Assembly (NCBI GenBank): GCA_009778115.1
Contig: WRKL01000001.1
Coordinates: 1 to 64,000 of the forward strand
Direction: 5' to 3'
Source: Oscillospiraceae bacterium
GTDB lineage: Bacteria; Bacillota; Clostridia; Oscillospirales; Ruminococcaceae
DNA: 64,000 nt
A program made the translations under genes and the position numbers. The notes under the pieces were generated by a model. The model made no database searches. It was not told the origin of the DNA and saw only the letters and a program-made list of their open reading frames with translations. How positions within the stretch are numbered: the stretch's first letter is position 1; every line of letters starts with the position of its first letter. Below are positions 18,232-27,715 of this stretch, piece after piece.

Positions 18232-20217
18232 CTAACTAATGTCCGCAAGTTCTAAATAATCACCGCCGAATTCCGCGATATAGTCCTTACGTCCGGGTAA
18301 ATCGTCGCCGAGCAGCATATCGAAAATACGAGCGGTATCCTCCGCGCCGTCCGGCGTTACCTTGATTAAGCGACGGGTATCGGGATTCATGGTGGTAAGC
18401 CACATCATATCGGGTTCGTTTTCGCCCAGCCCCTTGGAGCGCTGAAGCTTAAATTTTGCATTTTTGCCGGTTTTGATTTTTTCTATGATCGTATTTTTTT
18501 CCGCTTCGGTGTAAGCGAAATATGTGCGGTCTTTCGTGTTTATTTCAAACAAAGGTGATTCCGCTATATATACATAACCTTCCTCGATCAGCGTAGGGGT
18601 CAGGCGATAAAGCATTGTTAAAATCATTGTCCGGATATGAAATCCGTCCACATCCGCATCCGTGCATATAATGATCTTATTCCAGCGTAAACCGGATATA
18701 TCAAAGGACGAAAAATCTTTGTTTGCCTTGGATGTCACTTCCACTCCGCATCCGAGCACCTTGATTATATCCGTGATTATTTGGTTTTTGAATATTTTAT
18801 CATATTCCGCTTTTAAACAATTAAGCACCTTGCCTCTTACCGGAATTATCGCCTGAAACTCTGCATCGCGCCCCTGTTTGCACGCGCCCAGCGCCGAATC
18901 GCCCTCCACAATATATATTTCACGCCTGGATAAATCCTTGCTGCGGCAATCGGCAAATTTTTCCACCTTGTTGATTATATCGACGCCCCCGGCGAGAGTT
19001 TTTTTCAGATTCAACCGTGTTTTTTCCGCTTTTTCCCGGCTTCGTTTGTTGATCAGCACCTGTTCGGCTATCCTGCCGGCTTCTTCGGGGTTTTCCAAAA
19101 AATAGACTTCGAGTTTCTGTTTCAAAAACTCCGTTATCGCTTCGTATATGAACTTGTTGGTTATCGCTTTTTTGGTTTGGTTTTCATATGATGTTTGGGT
19201 GGAAAACGAGGACAAAACCAAGATCAAACATTCTTCTACATCGGTAAAACTTATCTTTGACTCTCCCTTTAGATATTTTCCGTTTTGTTTCAGGTAACCG
19301 TCTATTTTGCTGACGAGCGCTTGCCTTACCGCCCGTTCGGGAGAACCTCCATGTTCCAGAAAGCTCGAGTTGTGATAATACTCTATCAGCTTTACCCGAT
19401 TAGAAAAAGTCAGCGCCGCCGCCATCTTTACCTTGTATTCCGGTTTGTCCGGTCGGTCCCGCCCCGCCGTTTCAGCTTGCCAGAACTGTATCGAGGTCAG
19501 GTTCTGTTCTGATGCGATTTCTCCGGCATAGTCCACTATCCCGTTTTTATAGACAAAGGTTTCGGTTTCTAATTTCCTGCCCCGTTCAATACGCAGCACA
19601 AACTCAACACCGTTGTTCACGATAGCCTGACGTTTCAGCATATCCCGAAAGTATTCATCGCTAACACCGATATCGGTGAAAACCGCCAGATCCGGTTTCC
19701 ATCGAATTTTTGTTCCGGTATCTTTTTTACCGTATGGTGTTTTTTTCAACCCGCCGATATTTTCCCCTTTTTCAAAATGCAGGTTATAAAGAGAGCCGTC
19801 AAACTTTATTTCAGCATCCATATATTCCGATGCATATTGTGTTGCCGCCAGTCCCAGCCCGTTCAGTCCCAGCGCATATTCGTAATCTTCCTCGTTATAC
19901 TTTCCGCCGGCGTACAGCTCGCAAAAGAGCAATTCCCAGTTCTCGCGTTTTTCGGTTTTATTGTAGTCAACCGGGATTCCGCGCCCGAAATCCTGAATTT
20001 CTATGGAGTTATCCTCAAATTTCGTAACTATAATTTTGCGGCCGTGTCCCTGTCTTGCTTCGTCCACCGAATTTGACACTATTTCGAAGATTGAATGACA
20101 GCAACCCTCGACCCCGTCCGAACCGAAAATAACAGTAGGACGTTTCCGCACCCTGTCCGCGCCTTTTAACGCCGATATGCTTTCGTTATTATAAATTGAT
20201 TTGTTTTGATTTTTCAT
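18232..20217 (-). CDS. parE: Type IIA topoisomerase subunit B paralog (ParE/GyrB-like)
   Basis: It has a GHKL ATPase N-terminus (EIVSNSVDEA), ELYAGGKY, and a TOPRIM domain (EGDSA). It is 661 aa. Confidence 0.75.
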   Translation of the reverse strand: MKNQNKSIYNNESISALKGADRVRKRPTVIFGSDGVEGCCHSIFEIVSNSVDEARQGHGRKIIVTKFEDNSIEIQDFGRGIPVDYNKTEKRENWELLFCELYAGGKYNEEDYEYALGLNGLGLAATQYASEYMDAEIKFDGSLYNLHFEKGENIGGLKKTPYGKKDTGTKIRWKPDLAVFTDIGVSDEYFRDMLKRQAIVNNGVEFVLRIERGRKLETETFVYKNGIVDYAGEIASEQNLTSIQFWQAETAGRDRPDKPEYKVKMAAALTFSNRVKLIEYYHNSSFLEHGGSPERAVRQALVSKIDGYLKQNGKYLKGESKISFTDVEECLILVLSSFSTQTSYENQTKKAITNKFIYEAITEFLKQKLEVYFLENPEEAGRIAEQVLINKRSREKAEKTRLNLKKTLAGGVDIINKVEKFADCRSKDLSRREIYIVEGDSALGACKQGRDAEFQAIIPVRGKVLNCLKAEYDKIFKNQIITDIIKVLGCGVEVTSKANKDFSSFDISGLRWNKIIICTDADVDGFHIRTMILTMLYRLTPTLIEEGYVYIAESPLFEINTKDRTYFAYTEAEKNTIIEKIKTGKNAKFKLQRSKGLGENEPDMMWLTTMNPDTRRLIKVTPDGAEDTARIFDMLLGDDLPGRKDYIAEFGGDYLELADIS

Positions 20218-20248
20218 AATATCATAATACCTTTACAAGCTATGGTTG

Positions 20249-21025
20249 TCAAGAAAAAAATGCCGAAATATTAGCGCAATATTGCCGCTCATACTCCACT
20301 CCAACCAAATATAATCCGTGCGCCGGCGCAGTTTTGCCCGCTTTAGAACGGTCCCCGGCGCTGATAATTTCGCTAATGTCTTCCCGTGTTACGTTTTGCC
20401 GCCTTAAATCGACCAAGGTTCCCGTTATGATCCTTACCATATTATAAAGGAACCCGTCACCCGTAATTCTCAATGTCAAAATCCCGTCATTTTTTTCGGC
20501 CTCAAAGGTAAATATCGTGCGTACATGACTATCCTGTTTCTTTGCTCTTGCCGCGCAAAACGATGAAAAGTCGTGGGTCCCGATAAATCCTTCCGCCGTT
20601 TCTTTCAGCTTCGAAAGATTGATGTTATGAGGATAATGCCACATCAGCTTTTCATAAAACGGGTTCCGGTATTTGCTGTTCCATATTTTATATTCATATG
20701 TTTTGTTTACCGCGCTGTACCTGGGGTGAAACGAAGGCGAAACTTCGCAGCAATCCAAAACCGCCATATCCCTCGGCAGGACTGTGTTCAGAGCCGGTGC
20801 AAATTTGTCCGCAGCTAATGCGCACTGTGTCCTTACAGTAAAATAATATGCGGCAGCGTGTACACCCGAATCCAGCCGCGAACATCCTGTAACGCCGTCC
20901 CGGTTTCCGGTTATTCTGTGTACCCCATCCTGCACGACCTGCTGCACCGCCAGAGCATTTTCCTGTACCTGCCATCCGTGGTATTTCGTTCCTGCATATT
21001 GCAATTTAAACAATAGATTTCTCAT
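20249..21025 (-). CDS. truA: tRNA pseudouridine(38-40) synthase TruA
   Basis: The RLDSGVHA catalytic-Asp motif is present. The YHGWQ block is present. The length is 258 aa. Confidence 0.85.
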   Translation of the reverse strand: MRNLLFKLQYAGTKYHGWQVQENALAVQQVVQDGVHRITGNRDGVTGCSRLDSGVHAAAYYFTVRTQCALAADKFAPALNTVLPRDMAVLDCCEVSPSFHPRYSAVNKTYEYKIWNSKYRNPFYEKLMWHYPHNINLSKLKETAEGFIGTHDFSSFCAARAKKQDSHVRTIFTFEAEKNDGILTLRITGDGFLYNMVRIITGTLVDLRRQNVTREDISEIISAGDRSKAGKTAPAHGLYLVGVEYERQYCANISAFFS

Positions 21026-21032
21026 AATACCA

Positions 21033-21195
21033 ATAGGTCTCCTTGAAAATCACTTCGCAACGTATGAACGGAAGATTTCCCGTCACACGATGTTAATTTA
21101 TCCTCAAATATCCATGATATTCTCGTCAAAATTGCCTTGTTTGACGAAAAATCATCTGTGTTCATACATCACGTTTTAATTCCCGAGGAGGTCTA
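21033..21195. mobile_element. Copy C of the MITE-like repeat (reverse orientation). It overlaps the trmFO stop codon.
   Basis: It is the reverse complement of copy A, with TIRs TAGGTCTCCTTG...CGAGGAGGTCTA. The trmFO ORF ends at 21176, inside the element. Confidence 0.8.
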
Positions 21196-22516
21196 ATATT
21201 AATTCCTCTAATTTTTGTATAGCTCTTTGCGCAAAAGCTTCATATCGTTTTTCTTTACCGCGCATAAGGCTGCGCACAGGTTCATCCATCGGCGGAAGCA
21301 ACCCCATGTTTGCGCCCATAGGTTGGAAGTTATTATTTCCCCGGCATAAATAACCGGCAAGAGCGCCCGTCATAGATTCACGCGGCGGAACAAAGGGACT
21401 CAAGCCCGAAACCAGCCTAACAGCGTTGATACCGGCGAGAATACCGGTAGCCGCAGACTCGGTATATCCCTCAACTCCGGTTATCTGTCCGGCGAACATA
21501 ATATTCGGATGATCCTTTAATCTCAAATGTGCATCCAGCAGTTTCGGCGAATTTATAAACGTGTTCCGATGCATAACACCATAGCGGACATATTCCGCAT
21601 TTTTCAACGCGGGGATAAGCGAAAACACCCGTTTTTGTTCCGCCCATTTCAGGTTTGTCTGAAAGCCTACAAGATTGTACAAATCCCCCTCTGTGTTCTC
21701 TTTGCGAAGCTGCACTACAGCCCACGGACGGCGCTCTGTACGCGGATCGGACAAACCTACCGGACGCATAGGCCCGAAACGCAGCGCATCCCGTCCCCGT
21801 TTTGCCAATACCTCGACGGGCATACAACCCTCATAAAATTTTCTCTTTTCAAAATCCTGTAAAACCGCTGTTTCGGCATTTCTCAAAGCATCAATAAATA
21901 ATTCGTACTCATCCTTGTCAAGAGGGCAATTAATATAATCCGCATCACCGCGCCCATATCTTGCGGCAAAAAAAGCATTTTCAAAATCAATGCTGCCGAA
22001 TGTAACTATAGGGGAAACCGCGTCATAAAAACTAAGCGAGCTTTCCCCGCATATTTTCTTTATGTAATCAGCCAGCGCGTCCGCACACAGAGGGCCCGCC
22101 GCAACAATGATATATTCTTCGCTTAACCGGTCAAGGGAGCATATTTCCTTTCCGGTAATTACTTCGATGTTCGGATGTGAATTTATCGCAGCGGTAACCG
22201 AATCCGAAAATTTTCCGCGATCGACCGCCAATGCTCCGCCGGCAGGAACGGCACATGATTCGGCACATTTTAAAATAAGTGATCCTAAAATTCGCATTTC
22301 TTGTTTAAGCAGCCCCGCCGCGCTTTGCAATCGCTTTGCTTTCAGCGAATTCGAACATACCAGTTCGGCGAAACCGCGGTATTTATGCGCGGGGGAAAAC
22401 CTGTGCGGCTTCATTTCATACAGTCTCACACAAATTCCGGATTCAGCTGCTTTCCACGCCGCCTCACATCCCGCCAGCCCCGCTCCGATGACCGCAATTT
22501 TAATATCTTTTTTCAT
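21176..22516 (-). CDS. trmFO: Methylenetetrahydrofolate--tRNA-(uracil54-C5)-methyltransferase TrmFO (Gid)
   Basis: It has the FAD-binding VIGAGLAGCEAAW. It is a 446-aa Gid-family protein. Its last 8 codons and stop lie inside repeat copy C. Confidence 0.9.
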   Translation of the reverse strand: MKKDIKIAVIGAGLAGCEAAWKAAESGICVRLYEMKPHRFSPAHKYRGFAELVCSNSLKAKRLQSAAGLLKQEMRILGSLILKCAESCAVPAGGALAVDRGKFSDSVTAAINSHPNIEVITGKEICSLDRLSEEYIIVAAGPLCADALADYIKKICGESSLSFYDAVSPIVTFGSIDFENAFFAARYGRGDADYINCPLDKDEYELFIDALRNAETAVLQDFEKRKFYEGCMPVEVLAKRGRDALRFGPMRPVGLSDPRTERRPWAVVQLRKENTEGDLYNLVGFQTNLKWAEQKRVFSLIPALKNAEYVRYGVMHRNTFINSPKLLDAHLRLKDHPNIMFAGQITGVEGYTESAATGILAGINAVRLVSGLSPFVPPRESMTGALAGYLCRGNNNFQPMGANMGLLPPMDEPVRSLMRGKEKRYEAFAQRAIQKLEELILDLLGN

Positions 22517-22680
22517 AATGTTTTTAGTATATCATTAAAAAGCGGATACGGCAAGTATGAAAAAATCCGCCTGCATACTGCCCTATGCTAGCTCTGTGCT
22601 TCGCACTGTGCTTTGCACCGTAGCTTTGATAATTAAAATGCGGTAAATAAACCCGAAACGGTTATTTATCAAAATAATAT

Positions 22681-22712
22681 ATTGACATATGCTCTTGGGT
22701 ATCATATAATAT
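22681..22712 (+). promoter_or_regulatory. Consensus sigma-A promoter upstream of secDF: TTGACA, a 17-nt spacer, then TATAAT
   Basis: TTGACATATGCTCTTGGGTATCATATAAT matches both hexamers perfectly. It lies ~190 nt upstream of the secD start. Confidence 0.5.
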
Positions 22713-22899
22713 CCTTAGTCCTCGCTTATTGCAACCTATTGTAACCTAATATTAGTCCCAATTGAGAAATTCAAATGAAAAATCTGCGCAATAGTCACAT
22801 ATCGGAGTTTGCACTTGATTTTTCGAGCATTTCTTAGGATTGGAATTAGTATAAAAATATTTTAATCGGAAGTATTCAAATTTCGGAAGGAGTTTTTAA

Positions 22900-24327
22900 A
22901 TGAAAGTCAGAGGCAAATCTGTCTTTTTCATAGTAGCGGCAATAGTTATTATTTTCGCGATGATGTCGCTGTTCGGCATTGACTATGTTTTTGGCGACAG
23001 AAGAGATTTATATGTAAAGAGTGCGGCGGATATTCGCTGGGGTATTGATATTCGCGGCGGAGTTGATGCCACTTTCTCACCGCCCCCGGAGCAAGAAAAT
23101 GTTACACAGGAAAATATGGGAGCGGCGGAAGAGCTTATCAAACAGCGGCTCGTCAACCTGGGTATAACGGATAACGAAGTGTACACGGACTTCAATAAAC
23201 ATCGTATTATTGTGCGTTTCCCATGGAAGAGCGATGAAGCCGACTTTGATCCCGAAGCAGCGATAAAAGAGCTGGGCGAAACCGCTATGCTCACTTTCCG
23301 CGAAGGACATGAATATGAACAAGTGGACGAAATATCCATCAAGCCCTCGGGCGTGACCGAAGAAAACATTATCCTTACCGGTGAAGATGTGGATAATGCA
23401 AGCCCGGGGTATGACAACAGTCAGGATGAATTCGTTGTTAATCTGCGCTTAAAAGGAGAAGGAACCCGGAAGTTCGCCGAGGCTACGGGCAAGCTTTCCG
23501 CTGCAGAACCAAAAGGGACTATTTCAATATGGATGGATGATGCCATGATTTCTTACCCGTCGGTAAATGCCCATATAACCGATGGAAACGCTGTAATTTC
23601 AGGCGGTTTCACCCAAACCGAAGTCCAGTCGCTCGCCAACAAGATTAATTCAGGCTCGCTTCCTTTCAAGCTCGAAACCACATCTTACAACACCATTCCC
23701 TCTACCCTCGGTAGCAACGCTTTAAGCGCAATGATGCTCGCGGGTATAATCACATATGTATTTATAGCTGTATTTATGGTTCTTATGTACCGTCTGCCGG
23801 GCGCTGTTTCGGCGATCACGGTATTAGGTCACGTTACGGGAAGTTTGGCGGCAATTTCCGGATTCCTCTTTGTGTTTCCGTCTTTCACCCTGACCTTGCC
23901 CGGAATAGCGGGTATAATTCTCGGCTTGGGCATGGGCGTGGATGCCAATGTTTTGATATTCTCCCGGATAAACGAAGAATTAGGCAACGGCAAGTCGCTC
24001 AGGGGTGCTGTGGATATTGGCTACAAACGCGGTTTCACAGCGGTAATTGACGGCAACATTACGGTTGTTATCGTTGCTATTATCCTTATGGGTGCGTTCG
24101 GGCCGCCGGACGGCACATTTGCGAAACTGCTTAATCCGGTATTCTTTATGTTCGGACCGTCTACCGCAGGAGCGATATACTCTTTCGGTTACACACTGGT
24201 CATCGGCGTGATAATGAACTTTATATTCAGCATATTGGCATCACGCCTGATGCTAAAATCTCTTATAAAGTTCAAGGTTTTCCAAAACCTCAAATTCTTC
24301 AGAGGTATAAAAAAGGAGGGAGCATAA
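22900..24327 (+). CDS. secD: Protein translocase subunit SecD
   Basis: It has an N-terminal transmembrane segment, a periplasmic-type domain, and a C-terminal 6-TM RND-like block. secF follows. Confidence 0.9.
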   Translation: MKVRGKSVFFIVAAIVIIFAMMSLFGIDYVFGDRRDLYVKSAADIRWGIDIRGGVDATFSPPPEQENVTQENMGAAEELIKQRLVNLGITDNEVYTDFNKHRIIVRFPWKSDEADFDPEAAIKELGETAMLTFREGHEYEQVDEISIKPSGVTEENIILTGEDVDNASPGYDNSQDEFVVNLRLKGEGTRKFAEATGKLSAAEPKGTISIWMDDAMISYPSVNAHITDGNAVISGGFTQTEVQSLANKINSGSLPFKLETTSYNTIPSTLGSNALSAMMLAGIITYVFIAVFMVLMYRLPGAVSAITVLGHVTGSLAAISGFLFVFPSFTLTLPGIAGIILGLGMGVDANVLIFSRINEELGNGKSLRGAVDIGYKRGFTAVIDGNITVVIVAIILMGAFGPPDGTFAKLLNPVFFMFGPSTAGAIYSFGYTLVIGVIMNFIFSILASRLMLKSLIKFKVFQNLKFFRGIKKEGA

Positions 24328-24330
24328 TTC

Positions 24331-25254
24331 ATGAATAGACGCTTTAATGTTGATTTTATCAAAAAATTCCCTATATTTCTGGCTATATCAGGCTCTATCA
24401 TCCTCATCGGTATTGTTCTTTCCTTTGTTGTCGGTGTTAAAATCGACATACATTTCAGCGGCGGAACTATCATCACATATTCATATGACGGTGAGGTTGA
24501 TTTTGATGCGGTTGCGGAGTCCGTCAGCGAAAGTGTTAATGCCGAAGCGAGAGTCACGGGTGCTACGGGTGCGGAGGGCGGCGAAAATTTCATCGTCACT
24601 CTGGTAGGAACAAAAAGTATAGGCATCGAAGAGCAGGAAAAATTAACCGACGATTTGGGGACCGAATTTAAGGACAACAACATATCCTTTGTGGAGGGCG
24701 TGAGCGTAAATGCGTCCAACGGACGTGACTTCTTTATCAAATGTCTTGCAGCGGTTTTGTTCGCGTTTTTGGTATTGGTTTTGTTTGTAGGTATAAGATT
24801 CCGCAAAATCGGCGGCTGGTCCGCAGGAGTATGCGGCATTATAGCCCTGCTCCACGATGCTTTGATAGTATATGTAACTTGCGTGATATTCGGCTTCGCG
24901 ATCAGCGAAACCTTTATGGCGGTGATCCTGGTTATTTTGGGATATTCCCTCAATGACACTATCGTTGTTTTCGACCGTATCCGTGAAAACCGCACCGATC
25001 CGGACAGCCGTCTGTCTATTGAACAATGCGTAAATTTAAGCATTAACCAATGCTTGAGCCGTTGTATTGCTACATCGGTCACCACAATATCGTCTATGTT
25101 GATTATCGTTATCGTTTCAGCTGTATTCGGTGTGTTCAGTATCGTTTCTTTCGGGATCCCTCTGCTTGCGGGATTGATTTCGGGTACATTCTCTTCGATA
25201 TGTTTCGGCGCTCCGCTCTGGATGTTCTGGCGCAAAAAAGCGGAATCGAAATAA
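24331..25254 (+). CDS. secF: Protein translocase subunit SecF
   Basis: It shows the SecF fold: a 6-TM block with LNDTIVVFDRIREN. It is translationally coupled to secD. Confidence 0.9.
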   Translation: MNRRFNVDFIKKFPIFLAISGSIILIGIVLSFVVGVKIDIHFSGGTIITYSYDGEVDFDAVAESVSESVNAEARVTGATGAEGGENFIVTLVGTKSIGIEEQEKLTDDLGTEFKDNNISFVEGVSVNASNGRDFFIKCLAAVLFAFLVLVLFVGIRFRKIGGWSAGVCGIIALLHDALIVYVTCVIFGFAISETFMAVILVILGYSLNDTIVVFDRIRENRTDPDSRLSIEQCVNLSINQCLSRCIATSVTTISSMLIIVIVSAVFGVFSIVSFGIPLLAGLISGTFSSICFGAPLWMFWRKKAESK

Positions 25255-25300
25255 GCCGGAAATCGAAATACTTTAAGGAATTTAAGGGATTGGTGGCAGT

Positions 25301-26611
25301 TTGAATTCTATTTTAATCAGAAATGCCAAAATCGTATCGCCGTTTAAAGATTATATCGAAAACGGCGATATTTTTATAAAAGACGGCATAATATCGGCAA
25401 TAGGTCAAGGGTTGAAAGAAGACGGCGAAATCATAGATGCCGGCGGATTGCACGCTTTCCCGGGACTTGTCGATATTCATGTTCATTTCCGCGATCCGGG
25501 ACTTACTCACAAAGAGGATATTGTCACGGGTTGCGAAGCTGCTGCCGCCGGCGGATTCACCACCGTCGTTTGCATGGCAAATACCTCACCTGCTGCCGAT
25601 AACCCCGAAACTATCGGGTACATCATACAGCAAGCGAAAAACGTGAAGATCAGGCTTTATCCCGTCGCCGCCGTCACCCGGGGGTTGAAAGGGGAAGAGC
25701 TTACGAATTTTACGGCACTGAAAAAAGCGGGAGCCGCCGCCTTTTCGGATGACGGGTTCCCGGTGAAGAGTAATAATATAATGCGAGAAGCTCTGGTGCA
25801 ATCTAATAAACTGGATGTGCCGCTGCTGTTGCACTGCGAGGATCCGGATCTGACAGGTAAGATAGGTAGTATAGGTAACGGGATCATGAACGATGGTGAG
25901 ATAAGCGAGAAACTGTCCGTTCCCGGCATTAAGCGGGCAAGCGAAGACATAGCAACACAGCGTGCTGTTTCGTTTGCTCAGGAATCGGACGCGAAAATTC
26001 ACATTCAGCATATATCAACAGCCGGAGCGGTCGAAATTGTCCGCCGGGCTAAATTTCAGGATAAAACCGCAAAATCTTCCGGATTTCAAATAACCGCCGA
26101 AACCGCTCCGCATTATTTCAGTTTAACCGAAAACGAGCTGTTATCAAAAGATGCGGATTTCCGCATGAATCCGCCGCTAAGAACCGCCGGCGACGTGGCG
26201 GCAGTACTAAAAGGGTTGGAAGACGGAACTATTAATTGTATCGCAACGGATCATGCCCCGCATACTCCGGACGAAAAATCCGATTTTATTTCCGCACCAA
26301 ACGGAATTATCGGGTTGGAAACCTCATTTGCGGTAGCCATAACAGAATTGTATCACAAACAAAAATACAGTCTGGGCAAAATAGCCGGACTGCTTTCGTA
26401 TAACGGCGCTAATATTTTGGGACTTCCCTGCTGTAATATGCAGAAAGGCGGAATCGCCGACATAATTCTTGCCGACATCAACCGGAAATGGACGGTCGAT
26501 CCTGCCCGGTTCTATTCAAAGTCGAGCAACAGTCCATATAAAGGCAGGGAGCTTACCGGTCAGGTAGTAATGACTATTTGCAACGGCAAAGTTATTTATT
26601 CACGCCCATAA
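25301..26611 (+). CDS. pyrC: Dihydroorotase-like cyclic amidohydrolase
   Basis: It has the metal-binding VDIHVHFRDPG. TDHAPH is an amidohydrolase motif. It is 436 aa. The start is TTG. Confidence 0.7.
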   Translation: MNSILIRNAKIVSPFKDYIENGDIFIKDGIISAIGQGLKEDGEIIDAGGLHAFPGLVDIHVHFRDPGLTHKEDIVTGCEAAAAGGFTTVVCMANTSPAADNPETIGYIIQQAKNVKIRLYPVAAVTRGLKGEELTNFTALKKAGAAAFSDDGFPVKSNNIMREALVQSNKLDVPLLLHCEDPDLTGKIGSIGNGIMNDGEISEKLSVPGIKRASEDIATQRAVSFAQESDAKIHIQHISTAGAVEIVRRAKFQDKTAKSSGFQITAETAPHYFSLTENELLSKDADFRMNPPLRTAGDVAAVLKGLEDGTINCIATDHAPHTPDEKSDFISAPNGIIGLETSFAVAITELYHKQKYSLGKIAGLLSYNGANILGLPCCNMQKGGIADIILADINRKWTVDPARFYSKSSNSPYKGRELTGQVVMTICNGKVIYSRP

Positions 26612-26981
26612 CACCGCCTATTGCGGATGCGGCAATTATCGCAACCAGCTTTATAAGCGAATACGCTTGAATATCAAACCCGAACGAGATAACAGACACA
26701 ATCAGGACATTCACACACAACAAAATACCGCATAACGCTCCTAACAACATTCCGTGTCTGCGGGTTTGTTTTCCGAAGATAAATCCGGCAATAAATCCGC
26801 CGATTGCACCGGCCGCAATTATGAGGGTATGCACAACCGAAAAAGGGATACTTTGAGCCGACATAAGCAAGGCAAAAAGAATAAAAAGCAAAAAGATTGC
26901 CGCCATTCCCGATGTAAGGCTTATAATCATAGGTTTTATCAGAGACAATGAACCCTCTTTTTCAGATTTTGGATTTTTCAA
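26592..26981 (-). CDS. Small polytopic membrane protein of unknown function
   Basis: It has four hydrophobic helices with GxxxG-like packing motifs. Its 3' end is convergent with, and overlaps, pyrC by ~20 nt. Confidence 0.5.
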   Translation of the reverse strand: MKNPKSEKEGSLSLIKPMIISLTSGMAAIFLLFILFALLMSAQSIPFSVVHTLIIAAGAIGGFIAGFIFGKQTRRHGMLLGALCGILLCVNVLIVSVISFGFDIQAYSLIKLVAIIAASAIGGVMGVNK

Positions 26982-27046
26982 CAGGCATACCCCCCACGAG
27001 CATTATTATATAACAATATAATATATTCACGGCGACCTTAATATAT

Positions 27047-27080
27047 TCCAAACCACGAGCCTGAGCCCGTGGTTTTTTTA
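27047..27080. terminator. Hairpin plus T-run terminator between yajC and the membrane-protein gene
   Basis: The sequence is AAACCACGAGCCTGAGCCCGTGGTTTTTTT. It lies 37 nt downstream of the yajC stop. The T-run is on the + strand, so strand assignment is ambiguous. Confidence 0.45.
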
Positions 27081-27116
27081 TCCCGCTCCCTGCATTGGAT
27101 GCTCCCCGCATCGGAC

Positions 27117-27596
27117 TTAATCGCCGTCTTTAATCGTTTCGTTCGTTTGTATCGCCCATTTTTTGACACGAATTTTACTGCGGTCGCTTCCGGTTTCGAC
27201 AACTACGGAATCTTCTTTTATGCCGGTGACGATTCCGATGATTCCACCCGAGGTAGTCACAACATCTCCGACTTCCAGTTGTTCGCGCATTTTAGTGATC
27301 TCTTTATCCCTCTTGCGCTGCGGACGTATCATAATAAAATACAATGCTACGATTATTATCGCAAAGGGTGCGACACTGGTCAGCATCGTCAACCAGCCGG
27401 CGGGTGCTGCCGCTGCTGCTGCTCCGGAAGAATTCGAAACCAGACTGCTCCCCGTCGATTCATTACGGTTTTCAGCTTCCGCATTCGCATTCGCAGATTC
27501 CGGAACAGAAGCTTGTGCGTTCGCATTTTCCGTTTCCCCGTTAGAAGTTATCTCTTCTATTTCGCCCGAGTTTGTGTTTAACATAAACTGCATCAT
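27117..27596 (-). CDS. yajC: Preprotein translocase subunit YajC, with a ~70-aa low-complexity N-terminal extension
   Basis: The core is YFIMIRPQRKRDKE...LEVGDVVTTSGGIIGIVTGI. The N-terminal 70 aa are rich in Asn, Ala, Glu and Ser. An alternative internal start at MLTSV (27386) would give a canonical ~89-aa YajC. Confidence 0.75.
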   Translation of the reverse strand: MMQFMLNTNSGEIEEITSNGETENANAQASVPESANANAEAENRNESTGSSLVSNSSGAAAAAAPAGWLTMLTSVAPFAIIIVALYFIMIRPQRKRDKEITKMREQLEVGDVVTTSGGIIGIVTGIKEDSVVVETGSDRSKIRVKKWAIQTNETIKDGD

Positions 27597-27715
27597 AACA
27601 ATATTGCCTTTCTTTTTTATATTTATATTTAGGATAGTATATCACATACGTCTTATATAAACAAGCATAAATATTTAATTTAAAATTTATTTCCGAAAAC
27701 GATTTACTGCCGCTC

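Noticed and set aside
26754-26951. Plus-strand 65-aa ORF that could have explained the plus-oriented terminator at 27047
   Set aside because: It has a highly basic low-complexity translation and no RBS. The opposite-strand ORF encodes a convincing four-helix membrane protein.
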